DNA of 64,000 nucleotides from Candidatus Bathyarchaeota archaeon (GCA_963780185.1 CAWABA010000009.1:64001-128000), one strand, 5' to 3'. Positions 1 through 8,965 are shown, counted from the first letter of the stretch. The notes: generated by a model not told the origin, from the sequence alone. Numbers and translations are program-made.

Positions 1-762
1 GGTTTCGAAGGCTTTTTGATGCGCCGCCTTGACTGCTTCATAGATTTTCTGCTGCTTCTCACTGGGCTTTCCCGCAGTAAATGTTCGGGTCATGTCTGAG
101 CGGTAAAAGCCGACGGTTGCGCCTAAATCTACCACCACCAATTCTCCTTTGCGGATTGTTCGGCTTGAGCAGGAACCGTGCGGGTAGGCTGAGCTAGAAC
201 CTGACGCGGTGATTGTGTCGAAGCTTGTTCCATCTGACCCTTTTTTCCGCATGACGTATTCAACTTCAGCCGCCACTTCCTTCTCTTTCACTCCAGGGCG
301 AATGAGCTCAGAAGCCACTTGCATGCCGTCAGACGCCAATTTGCATGCATCCCGAATCAATTTGATTTCCGTTTCGTCCTTGATGCTTCTTAGTTTAAGA
401 ACCAAGCTGCCTATGGACTCCAACTTTTGTTCTCCGCCGACTGCCTTGGCAAGGGCACGCCAACTCTCAATCGGCAACGCATCCACGGCGTATTTTTTGG
501 CGGGTGCCTGCTTGGCGAATTTTTCCATCAGGTTCTCGCCTCGCTTCAGGAGTTCCACGGTTAAGCCTTTTGCTTCTGCCTTGGCTTGCTCGTAGTTGAC
601 TCCTCCCACGAAAAGCACGTTTTCCCCTTGTTCGGGAACTAGGAGCGCGGTTGCACCTGAAAAACCCGTGAAGTAGGTTAGGTTGGATGGGTTGAAGATT
701 AAGAAGTTGCAGGTTAAGCCTTGCTTCGTTGCCGTTTGCCTTAAGGCTTCGGTTCGGTTCAT
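1..762 (-). CDS. Xaa-Pro aminopeptidase (M24 family), 3' end outside window
   Basis: Manual translation from ATG at 762: MNRTEALRQ...NPSNLTYFTGFSG...SFDTITASGSSSAYPHG...VVVDLGATVGFYRSDMTRT (creatinase-type N-domain plus M24 metal-binding Asp residues). Missing from the ORF track because it has no stop in the window. Confidence 0.9.
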   Translation of the reverse strand, partial: MNRTEALRQTATKQGLTCNFLIFNPSNLTYFTGFSGATALLVPEQGENVLFVGGVNYEQAKAEAKGLTVELLKRGENLMEKFAKQAPAKKYAVDALPIESWRALAKAVGGEQKLESIGSLVLKLRSIKDETEIKLIRDACKLASDGMQVASELIRPGVKEKEVAAEVEYVMRKKGSDGTSFDTITASGSSSAYPHGSCSSRTIRKGELVVVDLGATVGFYRSDMTRTFTAGKPSEKQQKIYEAVKAAHQKAFET

Positions 763-877
763 CGTTTCGCCCTGCTTCAAGGAAGAGGCTGCTGGGTTGC
801 TTTAAGTTTTCGCTCCCCCGTTGTTTCCAAATTGGCTTGTTGCAACATGTTGATTGCGGTTCGGGAGAAAAAATCTG

Positions 878-1077
878 TCGACCCAGCAGAAATCTGCCCA
901 TACCCGACAATGCTGCCTATGTGGCTTCATCATGGAAAGTCGCAACCCGCCCATTCCCGCCCATCCCGCAACATAGAACACGACCAGACCTGCAAGCGAT
1001 TCAAGCTTAGAACCAAAAAAGCAACTTGAAACGCAAAAAGAAAAAGTCTCAACTTATTCCTACGGCAAAGTCGCAAA
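878..1077 (+). repeat. Dispersed non-coding element A, copy 1 (AAAGTCGCAA-rich)
   Basis: Colinear with the reverse complement of 32434-32650: exact 19-mer AAAGTCGCAACCCGCCCAT (936-954), exact 15-mer AACCAAAAAAGCAAC (1011-1025), 15/16 GCCCATACCCGACAAT (896-911). Confidence 0.85.
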
Positions 1078-1251
1078 AAAAAAACAAGACAAAAACCAGC
1101 CTCGAAACAAAAAACAGGAAATGCCACCTTTTTTTGCGTTATGCATGCCAAAATAGGTCGTTTTAAGTCGTGAATTTTTAAACGGATTAGCCATTAACTT
1201 AATATACTTTTCAAATGCCTACCCTAATTAATTATCGAGGGGTAAAAGAGC

Positions 1252-3147
1252 ATGTTTGCTTACGCAGGAAAAATTTTACATGTTAACCTCACAACAGGCG
1301 AGATAAGAAACGAGCCATTGTCAGAGCAGATGGCGAAGGATTACATCGGCGGCATAGGTTTAGGTATCCGATTGCTTTTTGACAACTCAAAGCCAGGAAC
1401 CGATGCTTATGACCCTGAAAACCCAATAATCTATTTGACAGGTCCACTCAGCGGCACCATGGGACCAACAGGCGGAAACAGCTACGCCGTCGTGTCCAAA
1501 TCACCAGCCACTGGCGGAATCGGCAACGCCGAAGCCCACGGCTTCTTTGGTCCAGACCTGAAACGTGCAGGATACGACGCCGTTGTTATCACAGGGAAAG
1601 CTCCAAAACTTTCTTACCTGTGGCTTGACGACGACAAAGTTGAAATCCGCAATGCTGAACACCTACAATACGCAACAGTAAACGAAACAGACCATAAAAT
1701 CCGCGAAGAACTAGGCGACTTTTACATCAGAGTTTCAGCCATCGGCGAAGCAGGCGAGAAACTTTGCAGATTTGCCGCAATCATAAATGACGAGTTCCGC
1801 GCCATCGGAAGAAGCGGCATGGGCGGAGTCATGGGCTCAAAAAACCTCAAAGCAGTTGCCGTACGAGGAACACATGACGTTAACGTTGCAAACCTTGACG
1901 GCTTCAGAGAATTCGTTAAAATGATTTATGAACGCATGAAAGGTCCGTCAACCAAGAAATACAAAACCTTAGGCACACCCGAAAACGTTCTTGTCCTCAA
2001 TTCACTCTCAGCCTTGGCAACGAGGAACTGGACCAACGCGACTTTTGAAGGAGCTGACAAAGTCAGCGGCGAATACTTCAACGAGCATTATGTCAAGAAA
2101 ATCGTTGGCTGCGCAACTTGCGGCATGCGTTGCGACCACATCGGGGTTGTTCCAGAAGGACCATACAAAGGCTCAACTTCAAGGCTTGAGTTCGAGTGCC
2201 TCTGGAGCATGGGACCACTCTGCGGAGTCGACAGGTTAGACGCAATCATTGAGGCAATGCGCATCGTAAACGAGTACGGCATGGACGGCATATCCATCGG
2301 TGTCGTAGTCGCATTCGCAATGGACCTCTATGAACACGGCATAATCACAAAGGAACAAACTGACGGAATCGACCTCAAATTCGGCAACGCAGAAGCAATG
2401 ATCGCCATGATACACAAAATTGGCAAACGCGAAGGCTGGCTGGGCAATATACTTGCTGAAGGTGTTGCAAAAGCCGCTGAATTAATCGGCGGAGACGCAT
2501 ACCAATACGCTTGCCACATCAAAGGCTTAGAGCTGCCAGGCTACGACCTGAGAACCCTAAAGACAGCGGCACTAGGATTCAGTGTCTCGTTCCGCGGAGC
2601 ATGCCACCTCAGAAACGGCGCTTACTCACCTGACGTTAAAGGCAAAGTAAACCGCTTCAAGATTGAGAAAGGCAGAGGCAAAATGATCACTGAAGAAAGC
2701 TACATGTACAACATCATTGACTCACTCATCGTCTGCAAATTCAGCAGAGGCACATACTACGACGGATGGAAAGACCTAACCAACTACTACACGCTTGCAA
2801 CAGGCATCCCCATCACACCTGAAGAAATGATTAAAGACGGCGACAGAATCGAAAACCTCGCAAGACTCTTCAACATACGCGAAGGCAAAGGCACACGAAA
2901 ATACGACGATGTACCATACAAAATAAAGCATTTCCCAGTCCCAGACGAAGGACCAGCCAAAGGAGTCTGCGTAAACGACGAAGAAATGGCAGTCGGCTTA
3001 GACGATTATTACGCTTCAAGAGGATGGACAGTTGACGGCATCCCAACCGTCGAACGCCTACAACAAGTAGGGCTCGGCGACTTAGCGTACATTGCCGAAG
3101 ACGCGATGAAAGCAGCTCAGGAAGCAAAGCCTCAGGGAGGCAACTAA
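1252..3147 (+). CDS. aor: Tungsten-containing aldehyde:ferredoxin oxidoreductase family protein
   Basis: 631 aa; KSPATG, GRSGMGGVMGSKNLKA, CATCGMRC, EYGMDGIS, DSLIVCKF, YYASRGW motifs of the AOR family. Confidence 0.95.
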   Translation: MFAYAGKILHVNLTTGEIRNEPLSEQMAKDYIGGIGLGIRLLFDNSKPGTDAYDPENPIIYLTGPLSGTMGPTGGNSYAVVSKSPATGGIGNAEAHGFFGPDLKRAGYDAVVITGKAPKLSYLWLDDDKVEIRNAEHLQYATVNETDHKIREELGDFYIRVSAIGEAGEKLCRFAAIINDEFRAIGRSGMGGVMGSKNLKAVAVRGTHDVNVANLDGFREFVKMIYERMKGPSTKKYKTLGTPENVLVLNSLSALATRNWTNATFEGADKVSGEYFNEHYVKKIVGCATCGMRCDHIGVVPEGPYKGSTSRLEFECLWSMGPLCGVDRLDAIIEAMRIVNEYGMDGISIGVVVAFAMDLYEHGIITKEQTDGIDLKFGNAEAMIAMIHKIGKREGWLGNILAEGVAKAAELIGGDAYQYACHIKGLELPGYDLRTLKTAALGFSVSFRGACHLRNGAYSPDVKGKVNRFKIEKGRGKMITEESYMYNIIDSLIVCKFSRGTYYDGWKDLTNYYTLATGIPITPEEMIKDGDRIENLARLFNIREGKGTRKYDDVPYKIKHFPVPDEGPAKGVCVNDEEMAVGLDDYYASRGWTVDGIPTVERLQQVGLGDLAYIAEDAMKAAQEAKPQGGN

Positions 3148-3148
3148 A

Positions 3149-3661
3149 ATGGTGCGACCACAAGACAGAAAATTCGTAACCGCTGACCCAGAGAAATGCA
3201 TAGGCTGCTGTGTCTGCGAGTACGCTTGCAGCATGGTAAACGAGAAAACCTTCAACCCCACTAAATCACGAATACGCGCCATGAGAATGGGACCACTCAT
3301 GAACATGGCAATAACATGCAGACACTGCGAAGATCCCGCGTGCGTAGCCGCTTGCCCAAGAGACGCGTTGAGCCAAGAAGACAACTCGGGAATAATCCGC
3401 GTTGACGAAAACGCATGCAACGGCTGCGGATGGTGCATCAGCGCATGCCAATTCGGCGCCATGAACATGCATCCCGAAAAGAAAATCGTCTTCACCTGCA
3501 ACAGCTGCACGGACAACGACACAAAAGAGCCGCAGTGCGTCAAATGGTGCCCCGAAGAAGCATTAACCTACGTAACAGCCGAAACACTGGCACAGAAATA
3601 CAGGCAGAAAGCAGTCAAGAACCTGTTCCAAGCGGCAGAAGCAGAAGCCAAATCAAAGTAA
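3149..3661 (+). CDS. 4Fe-4S dicluster electron-transfer subunit (AOR partner)
   Basis: CIGCCVCEYAC, CRHCEDPACVAACP, CNGCGWCISAC, CNSC...CVKWCP; 1 nt after the aor stop. Confidence 0.93.
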   Translation: MVRPQDRKFVTADPEKCIGCCVCEYACSMVNEKTFNPTKSRIRAMRMGPLMNMAITCRHCEDPACVAACPRDALSQEDNSGIIRVDENACNGCGWCISACQFGAMNMHPEKKIVFTCNSCTDNDTKEPQCVKWCPEEALTYVTAETLAQKYRQKAVKNLFQAAEAEAKSK

Positions 3662-3844
3662 AAACGATTTAGAACCTTCATCACTTTCTTCTATATTTTA
3701 AGTTCTGCTTATTTTCAAGTTAACGTTTCTTTGTGACTTTTTTAGAAATATCTCTTGCAAAACGTTTTTTTCTTTGTTTCTCCAATATATTGGTGAGTGA
3801 AACGTTGCGTTTTCACTTCTGTTTTTAGGACAAAATGCGTAGAA

Positions 3845-3952
3845 GGGCTGAGAAGGCTCTGGTTCAATTCGCGATTTTAGTTGCAGAAATCGTGAAGGAA
3901 AGCTTTTGAATTTTTTTCTTTCTCCTTTACGGTCCAGAGCCTCAGCAAACCC
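3845..3952 (+). repeat. Dispersed hairpin element B, copy 1 (BHB-like or MITE-like)
   Basis: Left arm GGGCTGAGAAGGCTCTGGT (3845-3863) and right arm CCAGAGCCTCAGCAAACCC (3934-3952) both recur exactly, inverted, at 35388-35482. Confidence 0.88.
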
Positions 3953-3954
3953 AA

Positions 3955-6012
3955 CTAAACCGCTTTTTCAGCAATAGTTCCCTTAGTGTAGGGTACGAAT
4001 TCCCGGATTTGCTCAATCGACGTCTTGCCCGTTTTTTCCCGTTGTTCCTTTGGCAACTTCACCATTAGCGACCTAAGTATCTTCTGAAGAAGCTCCTTGC
4101 CCACGTAATCACCCGGCAACAAAACAACGTAGGCTTTGGTTTTTGCTTTCACCGCCTCCAACGGTCCGCCGATGAAGCTTGCTTCCTCATTAATGATTAT
4201 GCCTACAGCAACTTTGAGTGGTACTCCTCTTATCCAGTTGCGTTTGCCCACGACTGCGAAGGCGCCGTGGGGGACAGATTCGCCTGAAGGGCCGCTTTTG
4301 CTAAGTTGATCAACTTTTACCCAGTAGACGTCGGCTGAACCCGCGTTTTCTCGCCAGGCACGGGAAAAAGACGCTGCGAACTCGGCGGCTTCACGGAGCG
4401 CTTGTTCACTTATGGTTTTTCCTTCGGCTTTAACAACTACGAAGGGGGCTCCTGAAACCTCAGCATGGAAAACCGCATCTTCCTGCGCAGCATACTTTTT
4501 CACGAGAACCTCGTTGCTGACTGTATCTTTGCCTGCAACCACCAAAAAGCCGTCGGAAGAAGTGAACCAGCGGAATTTCTCGTACCACTCCCTATTCTCC
4601 GTCTCCACTTTACGTTTAGCAAGCGCCTCCATAAGCGCCGCGGGCTTGAGACTTTTCAGCTCTTCAGCCGCCTTCAGTTCCCTCTCAATCTTAACTAGCT
4701 TCCTCTTGGAATCCTCTAGTGCCGATAGGGCACCTTGGGCTTTCTGCTTGGCTTTCTTTCCCCGTTCATAGTAGCCGTTGGCGTTCTCGAAAAGTGAATC
4801 CCGAAGGCTAAAACTGAACTGGAAGCTGTCCATGCAGAGGTTAAGCGCGAGGTTGCGTCCGTCAAACGATTGAATGTAGGCTTCAGGTACGCAGCCTGCT
4901 TTTTTAGCCGCTAATGCCTCCTCAATTACTACTTCCCAATCTTTGCCTGCTCGGTTTGCATTCACAAGCTTATCCTGAAACATTTGGAGTTCGTTAAAGT
5001 GTGCGTATATGGCGTCTCCGACTAATTTGTCCCGCTCCGCCTTTGCTTCGTCTTCACGGATGGATTTTTCTTGTTCCGCAACCATCCTTCTTAGCCGTTC
5101 CGCTTCCAGCTTCAACTTGTCAGCTTCAACGCTGGAAAACGCGTTCTCAGCCGTGGTTACACGAAGATAAAACTCGTCTAAGGCTTGATTAAAAGCGCCG
5201 TAGTCTTGAGTTTTGAAGCCCTCGTAACGTTTAAGCCTAAGCGGCACCACATCCAAAAAGTTCTCTTCTGCGTCAAGAATTATGCTTGGCTCCAAGGTGG
5301 CTGCCGCAATCTTTGAAAGCAAACCCTGAAGGGCATCAAAAACCGCCTTAACCTCGTCGTCCGACAGGTTTTTGCATAGCTTGGCTTTTTTGACGCCGAC
5401 TCTAAGCAGCACTTCTTCCGCGTAAACTCCGCCGATGCCAAACATCCGCGCCATCGCCCTAACGACCTCGGTTTCTCCAGCGTTTTTCAGCGCATCCGCC
5501 ATTTCGGGCAGAGAAACTTTGAAGGGGTTCTTGCCGCTTGGAGGAGGAACCACCAAAACTTCGTTACGCAAGATGTTGCGGTCACGCATACGCTTAAGGA
5601 TCAGGGCTTGCCAAATCATGTTTGTGTCGTTTACCAAGATGAAGTTGCCTTCGCCGAAAAGCTCCACAACAAGCTTAAGCTCCCCCTCCTTGGTCCTGAA
5701 AGTCACCGAAACAATCCTTTCAAACTCATACTGGTCAATGCCCACTACCCATGCTCCACGCAAATACTTCCTCAAAGACATGCAGAAAGCAGGTGGAGCA
5801 GCTGGGCTTTCCTGAGCGTAAACCGTTGAATGTAACCTTCGTCCAGCTTCCATGACCAGGCGGATCGGCGGCAAGTTGGCTTTGTGAAGTTTGAAAACTA
5901 ATGTTTTTTCGTCAAGCTGGTAGATGTTGTTCACTCTGGAATCGCCTATCAAGCGCTTCAATTCGCTGGTGACGGCAGCAAGGTCGAAGCTTGAGAATTC
6001 TTTTTTGCGCAT
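3955..6012 (-). CDS. rqcH: Ribosome quality-control protein RqcH (NFACT/NEMF family)
   Basis: SSFDLAAV N-terminus, FCMSLRKYL, ELFGEGN, HhH GIGGVYAEE, WYEKFRWFTSSDG, FHAEVSGAP, SKSGPSGE. Start moved to MRKKEF (6012). Confidence 0.93.
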   Translation of the reverse strand: MRKKEFSSFDLAAVTSELKRLIGDSRVNNIYQLDEKTLVFKLHKANLPPIRLVMEAGRRLHSTVYAQESPAAPPAFCMSLRKYLRGAWVVGIDQYEFERIVSVTFRTKEGELKLVVELFGEGNFILVNDTNMIWQALILKRMRDRNILRNEVLVVPPPSGKNPFKVSLPEMADALKNAGETEVVRAMARMFGIGGVYAEEVLLRVGVKKAKLCKNLSDDEVKAVFDALQGLLSKIAAATLEPSIILDAEENFLDVVPLRLKRYEGFKTQDYGAFNQALDEFYLRVTTAENAFSSVEADKLKLEAERLRRMVAEQEKSIREDEAKAERDKLVGDAIYAHFNELQMFQDKLVNANRAGKDWEVVIEEALAAKKAGCVPEAYIQSFDGRNLALNLCMDSFQFSFSLRDSLFENANGYYERGKKAKQKAQGALSALEDSKRKLVKIERELKAAEELKSLKPAALMEALAKRKVETENREWYEKFRWFTSSDGFLVVAGKDTVSNEVLVKKYAAQEDAVFHAEVSGAPFVVVKAEGKTISEQALREAAEFAASFSRAWRENAGSADVYWVKVDQLSKSGPSGESVPHGAFAVVGKRNWIRGVPLKVAVGIIINEEASFIGGPLEAVKAKTKAYVVLLPGDYVGKELLQKILRSLMVKLPKEQREKTGKTSIEQIREFVPYTKGTIAEKAV

Positions 6013-6177
6013 GCCTGCATCATCATGTTGTTTTTCAGTAATTAACTTGTTTATGAAAAAAGCCTTTTTGCCTATGGGAATTGTTTGTGTCCTGCTTTTT
6101 CGAGGCAGAAACGATTTATACCTAGGCATGTTTTTTAAGTAAGAGTAAAATATACTTTGCGAAGGGTTACGTAAGAC

Positions 6178-6474
6178 ATGACGCCTATTGTGCAGCTTTA
6201 CTGGATTCGAGTCGGGTTGGGGGTAGTTGCGGCGGTCATAAGTGCGGCGTTAGTTTTGTACCTGAATCTGCCTTTAAATGACCTGAGCAGCCTAATTGAC
6301 GCCTTCACGATTGCCCTTCTAATTTACTTAGGATCTTTCTACCCGCTCAAAGCAATATACTCAAAGAAAATAGAGAAACAATCAAAAATCCTAAGCACAG
6401 CCGTAATAATGTACTTCTTCGCTTGGCTGCCGTTCTTCGTGCTGTTCTTCACACTATTCAAAATTTACTTTTAG
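6178..6474 (+). CDS. Small 3-TM membrane protein, EMC6/Rab5ip(OPTI)-like
   Basis: 98 aa, three hydrophobic segments; LYWIR at the start of TM1 and YFFAW...Y at the C-terminus; TATA-like element upstream. Confidence 0.6.
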   Translation: MTPIVQLYWIRVGLGVVAAVISAALVLYLNLPLNDLSSLIDAFTIALLIYLGSFYPLKAIYSKKIEKQSKILSTAVIMYFFAWLPFFVLFFTLFKIYF

Positions 6475-6496
6475 TTTTCTTTTTTTAAAAAAAGAG

Positions 6497-6955
6497 TTAT
6501 TCTTCTTTTTTCTGCAGGAAATTGGCGATTGTAGCTTGGCTTTTGTCGCTTCGAAGTGTTTCTATTTTTTCTTCTGCGTTTGCTTTTGCGTTTCCGTTCT
6601 GCGGAGCCGGGATGTCCATGCGTGTTAGGATGCGCATGCAGTCTGCCCATGCTGAGAAGTATCCGCGGTCGAAGTCTCCGTGTAAGCCGTTGCCCATGTG
6701 TTCAAGGAACTCTTTTCTGTAGTTGTGCAGGGCTACTTTGTCGCTGAGGTCGATTTTTGAGAGAAAAGCGTAGTCGTCGGTTGCGCTGTTTTTGCGTGCA
6801 AGGTAGATGCCGTAGAGTGCTCGGAAGTATCCTCTGTTCCAGTCGGTTTTCTGCATTTTCTGCTTTACCCTTTCCAACTCGCGTTCTGCTTCGCTGAATT
6901 GCCTGGCTACTATGAGTTGGAAGTACCGTGTTACTAAGGCTTGTGAAATCGGCAT
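6497..6955 (-). CDS. Hypothetical helical protein with C-terminal PIP-box-like motif
   Basis: Starts 2 nt after the radA stop; internal RGYFxA repeat; ends QATIANFLQKKEE. Confidence 0.8.
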   Translation of the reverse strand: MPISQALVTRYFQLIVARQFSEAERELERVKQKMQKTDWNRGYFRALYGIYLARKNSATDDYAFLSKIDLSDKVALHNYRKEFLEHMGNGLHGDFDRGYFSAWADCMRILTRMDIPAPQNGNAKANAEEKIETLRSDKSQATIANFLQKKEE

Positions 6956-6957
6956 GT

Positions 6958-8019
6958 TTACCGTCCGCGGCTTTTAGTTGCTTTCTCCTCTTCAGAGACA
7001 TCCTCTATTCCGTTCTCGGTTACTTTAAGTATTTCCTCTCCTTCAGGCAAATACGGACTTGAAACTAGCCTTGCAATCCGTATGGGTCCATGCGGGGCTT
7101 TTCGAAGGTAAATGCGTGTGTGGCTCGTGTGGCCCACGATGTTTCCGCCGATGGGGTGGATTGCGTCGCCGAAGAATTGGTCGGGTTTAGCCATCACTTG
7201 GTTAGTTACGACTGCGACGGCGTTGAATGCTCGGGCCAGCGCGATTAGTTTGTGCATGTGTTTGTTGAGTTTCTGCTGTCTTGAAGCCAGCATTTCTCTT
7301 CCGAGGTATTCGCTTCGGAAATGGGCTGTTAGGGAGTCAACTATGATTAGTTTAATGTTGTTTGCCTTGATTATTTCGTCGGCGTTTTCCAGAAGAAACA
7401 TTTGATGGTCTGAAGTGTAGGCTTCAGCGTAAATGATGTTTTTGACCACTGTGTCAGGGTCTAAACCTAAAAACTTCGCCATCTGCACGATGCGTTCAAG
7501 CCTGAAGGTGTTTTCTGTGTCAACATAGAGGGCTGCGCCGTTGAGTCCGCCTCTCTCAGGAGGCAACTGAACGTTCACGCAGAGTTGATGGCACATCTGG
7601 CTTTTTCCGCTTCCATATTCGCCGTAAAACTCCGTTATCGTCTGAGTTTCTAATCCGCCGTCAACAACTTTGTCTAAGGCTTTGCTGCCTGTGGTTAGGC
7701 GGAGGACGTTTTTTCGCATTTTGGCAAGTTCGTCTGCACGGATAAATGAGACGCCGATGGCTGAGCGTGCGGCTTGTATGATTTGGAAGGCTTTTTTCTC
7801 GCTTACTCCAACTGGCTCCAGCTCTCGCGAAGTAGCCATAGCTAAGGATTCCACTTGGTGGTATCCGAGTTCTCGGAGTTTTTGCGCGGTTGCTGGTCCG
7901 ACTCCTGGCAGGTCTTCTATGAACTCGTATTTCGGTTTGGTTTCTTCAGCCTGTTTCTCTTTGGTTTCTTCTTGTTCTTCGGCTTCTTGGTTTTGGTCGT
8001 CTTCATTTTCTTCAGACAT
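6958..8019 (-). CDS. radA: DNA repair and recombination protein RadA
   Basis: HhH LPGVGPATA, Walker A GEYGSGKS, YVDTENTFR, IIVDSLTAHFRSEYLGR, VTNQV, RLVSSPYLPE. Confidence 0.98.
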   Translation of the reverse strand: MSEENEDDQNQEAEEQEETKEKQAEETKPKYEFIEDLPGVGPATAQKLRELGYHQVESLAMATSRELEPVGVSEKKAFQIIQAARSAIGVSFIRADELAKMRKNVLRLTTGSKALDKVVDGGLETQTITEFYGEYGSGKSQMCHQLCVNVQLPPERGGLNGAALYVDTENTFRLERIVQMAKFLGLDPDTVVKNIIYAEAYTSDHQMFLLENADEIIKANNIKLIIVDSLTAHFRSEYLGREMLASRQQKLNKHMHKLIALARAFNAVAVVTNQVMAKPDQFFGDAIHPIGGNIVGHTSHTRIYLRKAPHGPIRIARLVSSPYLPEGEEILKVTENGIEDVSEEEKATKSRGR

Positions 8020-8131
8020 TGCGTTTCACACTTTGCATCATGATATCCTTTGGGTATTTAAAACAACCGAAGAACAGGACAGGTTGCAGAGTGGAGAGGT
8101 GACTGAAAGTGAAGTTTCTTTTTTTTGCGAG

Positions 8132-8186
8132 TTAGTCAAGAAACCTTGACTAAAAAATACCCGTTTAGTCAAGAAACGTTGACTAC
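8132..8186 (+). promoter_or_regulatory. Tandem palindromic operator pair TTAGTCAAG-N4-CTTGACTAA
   Basis: Perfect 9-bp arms at 8132-8153; second copy 33 bp later (8165-8186), directly followed by AAAGCTTTTAA (BRE/TATA-like). Confidence 0.75.
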
Positions 8187-8229
8187 AAAGCTTTTAACGG
8201 CAAAAAAAGGATTAGAGAACGGTGGAAAA

Positions 8230-8535
8230 ATGAAGAAGCCTCTCATTGCGCTGCTGCTCTTCCTCTTGGCTACGGCATTAAGCGAAATGGTGGTTGCTAA
8301 TGCCCTCCAAACATCCCACATCCCTGTCCTGCCGCAGCCAGCCTCCGTCACGAAACCTGTCTCTGTTGCAAAGGCTTCTTCTTTGCCGTCGCCGTTTATA
8401 GTTGCAGCCTGGATAGTTGGGTTAGTGGCTATTTTCGGTGCTCTCCTTTCTCTTTTCTTCCGGCGGCGACGTGCAAATCCACCTGACGGCAAAAGGGTGG
8501 GTGAGCGTTTTTGGGCTATCGACAGTTATGGCTGA
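8230..8535 (+). CDS. Small secreted, membrane-anchored protein
   Basis: Signal peptide MKKPLIALLLF, Pro/Ser linker, PSPF plus TM plus RRRR; GGTGG before ATG 8230. Confidence 0.6.
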   Translation: MKKPLIALLLFLLATALSEMVVANALQTSHIPVLPQPASVTKPVSVAKASSLPSPFIVAAWIVGLVAIFGALLSLFFRRRRANPPDGKRVGERFWAIDSYG

Positions 8536-8575
8536 CGCTGGTTTGTATTTGTTTGCTTTAGGTTTTAGCTGGGTT

Positions 8576-8857
8576 TTATTCTTTGCATTGTTTGAGGTCG
8601 CGTAGTTCAGCTATTGACTTGTTTAGGATTGCTGTGTCTTGGAATGTTTTGACGGTGGATACTGGCAGGCAGACGACTACTTTGCCGAGAAATGGCCTTT
8701 TGAAGCCCAGCGACCGGGTTGCTTCATCAGTTAAAGCCACGTAGAAACTCGTTATCTGCCAACTGATTATGTCCACTTCAGCACTTTCTATTTCGCCTAG
8801 CAGAAAGGCGTCGGAGGTGAAAGCTTTTTTCCAGAAGAATCTTGTAATTTCAACCAT
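8576..8857 (-). CDS. PRC-barrel-like hypothetical protein
   Basis: WKKAFTSDAFLLGEI...V...W.I...LPVSTVKTFQDTAIL pattern typical of PRC barrels. Confidence 0.65.
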   Translation of the reverse strand: MVEITRFFWKKAFTSDAFLLGEIESAEVDIISWQITSFYVALTDEATRSLGFKRPFLGKVVVCLPVSTVKTFQDTAILNKSIAELRDLKQCKE

Positions 8858-8965
8858 AATAAAACCACTATGCTAATTTACGTACACCTATATTTGTTTG
8901 TCGGCAACGATTGCTTGCAGAAGCCTTTTTTACCTGCCAAAAACATAATCTTAAGTGGCGATTTT

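Noticed and set aside
209-1151. ORF-track entries here and the many antisense or overlapping ORFs inside larger genes
   Set aside because: They are shadows of real genes or of repeat element A; no motifs or translation signals.
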